In this document: piece by piece, positions 59,090-64,000 of the stretch
How positions within the stretch are numbered: position 1 is the first letter of the stretch
How the letters are laid out: each line of letters starts with the position of its first letter
Source: a virus
IMG/VR virus record: IMGVR_UViG_3300032240_001244
Location: 1 to 64,000 of that record
DNA length: 64,000 nt
Direction: 5' to 3' (one strand)
Translations under genes and position numbers: made by a program
Notes under the pieces: model-generated
Told to the model about the DNA's origin: nothing
Databases searched by the model: none
Seen by the model: the letters and a program-made list of their open reading frames with translations, nothing else

Positions 59090-59974
59090 ATGGATAATAA
59101 AAATAAAATACTACTGGTAGTATCGGCATTAATCATGATTACATTCTTTGTAATAAAATCATTGTCTGTATTTGAATTAATAGAATACACTAAACGCGTA
59201 CAAGTATTCGAGTACCTTTGTTTTATTTTATTCTGCCCGCCGTCATTTATTTTTGTTAAGAATTTTTTAAGAAAAAAAGACGGAGAACATCAACGGACGG
59301 TTGACCAATTAAGTTATAAAAATACATACTTAGAACACGCTGCTAAGATACTCAGGCACGATATGCACTCAGGAATCAATGTTTATATGCCAAAGGGTAT
59401 CTCAGCGATAGAAAGAAAGTTACCCGGGGAAATAATAGAACGCTATAAATTAGAAAATTCTTTAAAATTATTAAAAGAGGGTTTATTGCATACTCAAAAA
59501 GTTTATAGAGGAGTTTATGAGTTTACTAATTTGGTTAAAGAAGGTAGTGGTATTGAATTAAAACCACATAAACTTTCTAATATTTTAATTTCGTATTTGG
59601 ATTCAACATCATACAAAGAACAAGTTATATTCGATAGTTTTAGTTTACCGACTATTAATGTAAATGAACCTTTGTTTTGTACCGCTATAGATAACTTGAT
59701 TAGAAATGGTTTAAAGTATAATGATAGTGAAACTAAAGTTGTTGCTGTATATATGTTAGATGATAATACTTTAGTTGTTCAAGATAATGGCCGAGGAATG
59801 ACAAATGAAGAATTTACCTATATGTCAAAGACAAATACTCGTAAAGAAAATCAAAAAGAAACTGGTTCCGGTTTAGGATTGGGTATTTGTGTTGCAATTT
59901 TGAATGAACATGGATTTAGTGCTAGTTGTGATAAAATTGAAGAAGGAACTCAAATTAAAATTAAAATTAAATAA
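59090..59974 (+). CDS. Membrane sensor histidine kinase
   Basis: Two TM helices; H-box LRHDM; N-box NLIRNGLKY; G1 DNGRGM; G2 GSGLGL. Confidence 0.88.
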   Translation: MDNKNKILLVVSALIMITFFVIKSLSVFELIEYTKRVQVFEYLCFILFCPPSFIFVKNFLRKKDGEHQRTVDQLSYKNTYLEHAAKILRHDMHSGINVYMPKGISAIERKLPGEIIERYKLENSLKLLKEGLLHTQKVYRGVYEFTNLVKEGSGIELKPHKLSNILISYLDSTSYKEQVIFDSFSLPTINVNEPLFCTAIDNLIRNGLKYNDSETKVVAVYMLDDNTLVVQDNGRGMTNEEFTYMSKTNTRKENQKETGSGLGLGICVAILNEHGFSASCDKIEEGTQIKIKIK

Positions 59975-59980
59975 AAAAAA

Positions 59981-60412
59981 ATGATAAAATCAATTTTATT
60001 AGTAGACGATGAAAGTTTATTTCATCTTGTTTTTGAAGATGCGTGTAGCCTATTAGACATTGCATTACATCTCCATAGTATAGACAGCTCGGATAAAGCT
60101 GAAAAATTATTTAAAGACTGGAATAAAAATCCAAATACTCGACCAGAGTGTGTTTTTGTTGATTTAAACATAGTCGGCAGCTCTTATGATGGTATTGAGC
60201 TTATTCGTAAGATTAATTTTGAATACGGTAATGGCGTTGTTATAGGAATAATTTCATCAAGTTCGGATAAAATGGAACAGGCTAAAGCAATACAAGCAGG
60301 AGCACAATTTTGGATTGTTAAATCAGATGAAATTGAACCTAGGCTCGAGGAATTTAAAAAAGACTATAGTGCATATCTAAATAAAACCGCTTCTTTTAAA
60401 GTTTATCAGTAA
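59981..60412 (+). CDS. Single-domain response regulator (receiver)
   Basis: ILLVDDE, VFVDLNI (phospho-Asp), DGIELI, ISSS, AGA.FWIVK. Confidence 0.9.
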   Translation: MIKSILLVDDESLFHLVFEDACSLLDIALHLHSIDSSDKAEKLFKDWNKNPNTRPECVFVDLNIVGSSYDGIELIRKINFEYGNGVVIGIISSSSDKMEQAKAIQAGAQFWIVKSDEIEPRLEEFKKDYSAYLNKTASFKVYQ

Positions 60413-60425
60413 TAACTTCTAGCTT

Positions 60426-60986
60426 ATGATCAAATTTAATGCCGAATTAAAAAAACAAATAATCGACATTTACAATAAAAATGGTATTTTTTTAGAGGGT
60501 AATATTCTTAAACTCATAGATGCTGAAAACGATAATCAATTTAAAGATTATCTTGAGAGGGCGATTAATAACGACAAAGAAACCAGAAAAAAAAGATTAG
60601 ATGTTACAAAACAAATTCAATCTCAAAATAAAGAATTGGTTGCAGCGCAGGAAAATAATTCTAAATTAATGGCAGAGCTCACTGAAGCTCTACAAAAGGC
60701 TGAACGTGCAAAAAAAGACGCAGAAGATGATTTAGACTTATTACAAAAGAAGACCCAAACTGAGTTAATTGGAACAATCGTTAAAGTTGCTCTTGCTATT
60801 GTTATAGGCATAGGCGTTATGACCACTCTGTTATTTGCTACTGCATTTTTTTTAAATAAAGACACTACCTTATTAGGTAATGCCTGGTCAAACATGTTTG
60901 GAATACTATTAACAAATTCTTTTAGTATTATTGGTACTATTATGGGAGTTAAGTATGCGACTGAAAATGGAAAAACTAAGACTTAA
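60426..60986 (+). CDS. Coiled-coil protein with two C-terminal TM helices
   Basis: Signalling-helix-like coiled coil followed by hydrophobic hairpin. Confidence 0.7.
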   Translation: MIKFNAELKKQIIDIYNKNGIFLEGNILKLIDAENDNQFKDYLERAINNDKETRKKRLDVTKQIQSQNKELVAAQENNSKLMAELTEALQKAERAKKDAEDDLDLLQKKTQTELIGTIVKVALAIVIGIGVMTTLLFATAFFLNKDTTLLGNAWSNMFGILLTNSFSIIGTIMGVKYATENGKTKT

Positions 60987-61118
60987 TAAATTTTGACACG
61001 CACGGCAACCGAAAGCATACTAGACACTGCTTAGGCAATGCGAGCAATCACGAAGAATACCTCACAGTGCGTAGGTAAGCTCTAAGTTCTTCTGACCGTG
61101 GGGAAAGGCCCATCATAT

Positions 61119-61209
61119 AGTCAGGTGGCGGAATGGTATTCGTTACAATGTGGGAAGACCCCTGCAACGTTCTAAAACCACACTACAGGTTCGAATCCTG
61201 TCCTGGCTA
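61119..61209 (+). ncRNA. tRNA-like RNA 1 with no canonical anticodon arm
   Basis: Acceptor AGTCAGG/CCTGGCT+A; D-like GCGGAATGGTA; T-arm ACAGG-TTCGAAT-CCTGT; centre forms TGTGG/CCACA instead. Confidence 0.7.
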
Positions 61210-61330
61210 CGAGGGGAAAGTAACTTAAAGGGAGCCCCAAATGGAGAATCTGTAAAATCTTTCTAGGTTATATACAGTGCGACCGCCGGTAAAGATCTCA
61301 GCAAGTGACACACGGGGAGAGACCCGACCA

Positions 61331-61409
61331 AGTCAGGTGGGCGTAATGCGGGATGGTTCCCAAGTCCAATAGAATGGTTGCTTATCCGGTTCGAGTCCGG
61401 CCCTGACTA
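61331..61409 (+). ncRNA. tRNA-like RNA 2 with no canonical D or anticodon arm
   Basis: Acceptor AGTCAGG/CCTGACT+A; T-arm CCGG-TTCGAGT-CCGG; centre has GGGA/TCCC and CCA/TGG hairpins. Confidence 0.7.
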
Positions 61410-61745
61410 CGCTGTTGTTCTTTGACATATAAGGAGAATCAAATTATGGATACATTATCATTCGCTTTAGGGATTGCGACTGTGGTGGTTATTGCTATTG
61501 CAATAGTTGCTGTTTATGCTTTCTTTAAGGTAAGAGAAGTAAAACAAGACAATAGTCTTTTTATTATGGATTTAGATAAAAGATTTGAAGATTTATATAA
61601 CCTTCTAGGTAGAAATGAAGAAGCAATAAATCGGAAAATATATGAAGTAGAGCGAGATGTATACTCTGCATTAGACTCAAGATTAGATAAACTAGAAAGT
61701 AAATTAACAATTAAAAAATAAAAAATAAGTTAAAGAACAACAGCG
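61410..61745. repeat. 17 bp inverted repeat enclosing one ORF
   Basis: CGCTGTTGTTCTTTGAC (61410-61426) and GTTAAAGAACAACAGCG (61729-61745); 16 Watson-Crick pairs and one G-U. Confidence 0.85.
61446..61721 (+). CDS. Single-TM coiled-coil protein
   Basis: ATG 61446 preceded by AAGGAG; N-terminal TM; ends LDSRLDKLESKL. Confidence 0.7.
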   Translation: MDTLSFALGIATVVVIAIAIVAVYAFFKVREVKQDNSLFIMDLDKRFEDLYNLLGRNEEAINRKIYEVERDVYSALDSRLDKLESKLTIKK

Positions 61746-61748
61746 CCC

Positions 61749-61822
61749 GGACTTATAGCTCAGTCGGTTAGAGCATCTGACTCATAATCAGAGGGTCCCT
61801 GGTTCAAGCCCAGGTGAGTCCA
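61749..61822 (+). tRNA. tRNA with CAT anticodon, probably Ile2 (lysidine) rather than Met
   Basis: GGACTTA/TGAGTCC acceptor, GCTC/GAGC D-stem, TCTGA-CTCATAA-TCAGA, CCTGG-TTCAAGC-CCAGG; no initiator features; CCA not encoded. Confidence 0.92.
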
Positions 61823-61852
61823 CTAAAATTTATTAAACATAAAATAAAAACT

Positions 61853-62059
61853 ATGAAAAAACCAATCACCATTCTATTTTTTTTATTATTGACATTAATT
61901 TCCAGTTGTTCAGTATATGTAAAGCCTGCTGTATGGAAACTAAGGCATGGAAATAGGACTACTTATGGATACTGGAGATGCCCATCTGTAAACCCTTATA
62001 GACATCAGTTTAAAATGGTGAGAAAGAAAGCTTTTAAAATAAGACTAATTAAACATTAA
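61853..62059 (+). CDS. Small basic lipoprotein
   Basis: MKKPITILFFLLLTLISS-C lipobox; track start overlaps the tRNA. Confidence 0.55.
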   Translation: MKKPITILFFLLLTLISSCSVYVKPAVWKLRHGNRTTYGYWRCPSVNPYRHQFKMVRKKAFKIRLIKH

Positions 62060-62063
62060 TAGC

Positions 62064-62288
62064 ATGAAAGCAACACTAGAATTCGATCTGCCAGATGATC
62101 AAATAGATTTTGATTTTGCAACTAAAGGGCAAAAGTATTACAGCACTCTTTGGGAAATGGATCAATGGTTGAGAAGTCAGATAAAATATAACGAGAAGCT
62201 AACTGATGAACAACATGATACATACGAAGCGTGTAGAGATCAGCTTAGAGAAATAATGAATGATAATAGTGTATCCTTTGATGATTAA
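62064..62288 (+). CDS. Hypothetical phage protein
   Basis: MKATLEFDLPDD...LWEMDQWLRSQIKY. Confidence 0.7.
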   Translation: MKATLEFDLPDDQIDFDFATKGQKYYSTLWEMDQWLRSQIKYNEKLTDEQHDTYEACRDQLREIMNDNSVSFDD

Positions 62289-62298
62289 TAAATAGTTT

Positions 62299-62925
62299 AT
62301 GGAAAACAGTAAGTTTTATGTAAAGACTCCTTTCAAAGAAAGGTTTATAGATTTTATGAAAGGTCTATTGTTTTGGAAAGGAAGGAAGAAAGGTATGATT
62401 CATACTAGAGATATTAAGTGGGATGACATCCGTGCTGTGTTCTTTCCTAAAAACTTCTACGAGAAATACAAATACTTAGGATCTGTGCCATGGAAGGAAG
62501 AAGGGGATATCTTTAAAGCTATGGAGCCATTAGTTATATTCATGGACTACAAGGCAAAACCATGGTGGTGTCCGAGATGGTTCTTAAGATTCTTACATTT
62601 GTTTGGTTCTGATAATTCTATTGTAAGAGTTCGGAACAGGACTCTATCTACTCTGGGACATAGGATCACAGGAGGTTACCTGATATTTGATTTTAAAACA
62701 AAATGGCAGAGTTACGATCTTAGAATCAGTGTATACGGTACTAGTCAAATGCAGGACCTATCTGACGCAATAGAGCGTAAGTTCTACGATGATGGAGTTA
62801 GGGTAGATTTGTATGAACAAATACTAGAACTAGACCCGAATACAAAATTCAGTCCAGGACATCTACCATCAGATCTAAGAATTGAACTTGATAGATTAGA
62901 AAATTTAATTGAAAAAAATAAATAA
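62299..62925 (+). CDS. Hypothetical protein
   Basis: 208 aa; KPWWCPRWFLRFLHLFG. Confidence 0.7.
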   Translation: MENSKFYVKTPFKERFIDFMKGLLFWKGRKKGMIHTRDIKWDDIRAVFFPKNFYEKYKYLGSVPWKEEGDIFKAMEPLVIFMDYKAKPWWCPRWFLRFLHLFGSDNSIVRVRNRTLSTLGHRITGGYLIFDFKTKWQSYDLRISVYGTSQMQDLSDAIERKFYDDGVRVDLYEQILELDPNTKFSPGHLPSDLRIELDRLENLIEKNK

Positions 62926-62928
62926 GTT

Positions 62929-63090
62929 ATGAAAACATTTGGATTATTTATGCTAATATGGTTAGCATCTGTTTTGGCATCATTTAATATATGGAAGGGT
63001 ACATCCGAAAACGAAATGCTTGAAATGATATTCGCAACGCAATTTGCTTATATTATGTATAGATTAGTTAAGGAAGAAAATAAAGACTAA
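62929..63090 (+). CDS. Small membrane protein (53 aa), absent from ORF track
   Basis: MKTFGLFMLIWLASVLASF...; fills the gap between neighbours. Confidence 0.6.
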   Translation: MKTFGLFMLIWLASVLASFNIWKGTSENEMLEMIFATQFAYIMYRLVKEENKD

Positions 63091-63093
63091 ATT

Positions 63094-63363
63094 ATGGAGA
63101 ATAATCGTAGATCATTTTTTAAAGGACTGGCAGCATTCGCAGCAGGAGTAGTATCAGCTAAGGTAGCATCTTACACTCCAAAGAAAGAAGAACCGAAAGA
63201 GTTAATGATGGTATCTAGTACAATTACTATTAAACATGGAAATGAAGAATATCATCCACTTGTAGTAAAGAAAACAGACGCAGATGGATTGGTATATGAA
63301 GAACCGAAAAGTCCATTTAGCATAAATTCAGGAACACCTAAAATTAGAGAAGCAAACGTATGA
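63094..63363 (+). CDS. Small protein with twin-arginine (Tat) signal-like N-terminus
   Basis: NRRSFFKGLAAFAAGVVSAKVA. Confidence 0.65.
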   Translation: MENNRRSFFKGLAAFAAGVVSAKVASYTPKKEEPKELMMVSSTITIKHGNEEYHPLVVKKTDADGLVYEEPKSPFSINSGTPKIREANV

Positions 63364-63788
63364 GCCTAAAACCTATCCATAAGTTTAACGGAGGTATAGG
63401 GGCAACCTTATGCAATTCCTGTAGAGTTATCATATCAGAAGGTCATACAGATTTTCTATACTGCAAAGAGTGCGATCCTATATACTACAAAGCAAAGCAG
63501 GAAGAAGAGATAGAGATTGATTATAAAGATGAATCAAAGTATAGATTGTATAGATCGGATGGACTACAGAAGAGAGGAGAAAGTGCTATGTGGGTAGAAT
63601 GGAATGAAAATGGTACATTTAAAGTCAGTCATAAAGAACCGGCTGTAGGCAGGAGTCTTATTATAGATGGGAATAAATTTACTTATACATGGTTGACAAC
63701 TCCTGTAAAAGAAATTTTGGAGCAGAAAGAAAATTTCATTAGCTTTACAACTAATAACAGCCAGTATAAACTATATACGTATGAATAA
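63360..63788 (+). CDS. Hypothetical protein with N-terminal Cys motifs
   Basis: [14 protein letters not shown]...YCKEC; WLTTPVKEI. Confidence 0.65.
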   Translation: MSLKPIHKFNGGIGATLCNSCRVIISEGHTDFLYCKECDPIYYKAKQEEEIEIDYKDESKYRLYRSDGLQKRGESAMWVEWNENGTFKVSHKEPAVGRSLIIDGNKFTYTWLTTPVKEILEQKENFISFTTNNSQYKLYTYE

Positions 63789-64000
63789 CTTGGACCGCCA
63801 ATACAAAGAGCTACTACTTCAGATTATACATTTTGGAGTAGATAAAAAAGATAGAACAGGTACAGGAACCAAATCAATTTTCGGTTGGCAGATCAGACAC
63901 AACATGAAAGAAGGGTTTCCATTATTAACTACAAAGAAGATGGCTTGGAAAACTATAGTGACCGAACTGCTGTGGTTTTTAAGAGGTGATACAAACATCA
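63781..64000 (+). CDS. thyA: Thymidylate synthase, 3' end outside window
   Basis: Own translation MNNLDRQY...[12 protein letters not shown]...[27 protein letters not shown]. Confidence 0.95.
   Translation, partial: MNNLDRQYKELLLQIIHFGVDKKDRTGTGTKSIFGWQIRHNMKEGFPLLTTKKMAWKTIVTELLWFLRGDTNI

Noticed and set aside
61160-61178. CTGCAAC (Cys) or TTCTAAA (amber) anticodon loops in tRNA-like RNA 1
   Set aside because: Flanking bases do not form an anticodon stem in either register
61211-61330. RNase P RNA or group II intron suggested by GGGGAAAGT, GTGCG and CCCGAC
   Set aside because: Far too short; no RNase P P4 3' strand and no group II domain V seen

Overview
A 64 kb segment of a large, AT-rich, contractile-tailed (myovirus-type) bacteriophage genome, almost entirely coded on the + strand. 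Repeated TTTG-N19-21-TAnnTTTG promoters and the general lack of Shine-Dalgarno motifs point to a Bacteroidota host (inference). Modules in order: (1) 1-10 kb, fibre/receptor-binding genes: a Gly-Ser/Thr triplet-repeat protein, a fibrinogen-like domain and three LamG paralogues; (2) 10-24 kb, tail sheath, tube, assembly chaperones, tape measure and baseplate; (3) 24-39 kb, replication and nucleotide metabolism: two family-A polymerases, SSB, RecA, 5'-3' exonuclease, DnaB, class II RNR, dUTPase, GroES/GroEL; (4) 40-51 kb, a glycosyltransferase/methyltransferase cluster; (5) 51-64 kb, an accessory and RNA-rich region ending in the start of thyA. Strongest findings: a tmRNA interrupted in its T-loop by an ORF-less group I intron and carrying a long atypical tag; two tRNA-like RNAs without normal anticodon arms, each preceded by a related structured module; a second short PolA with His at the steric-gate position; two candidate programmed frameshifts; and a phage-borne two-component cassette. 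All calls come from reading motifs by eye; no database search or folding program was run.
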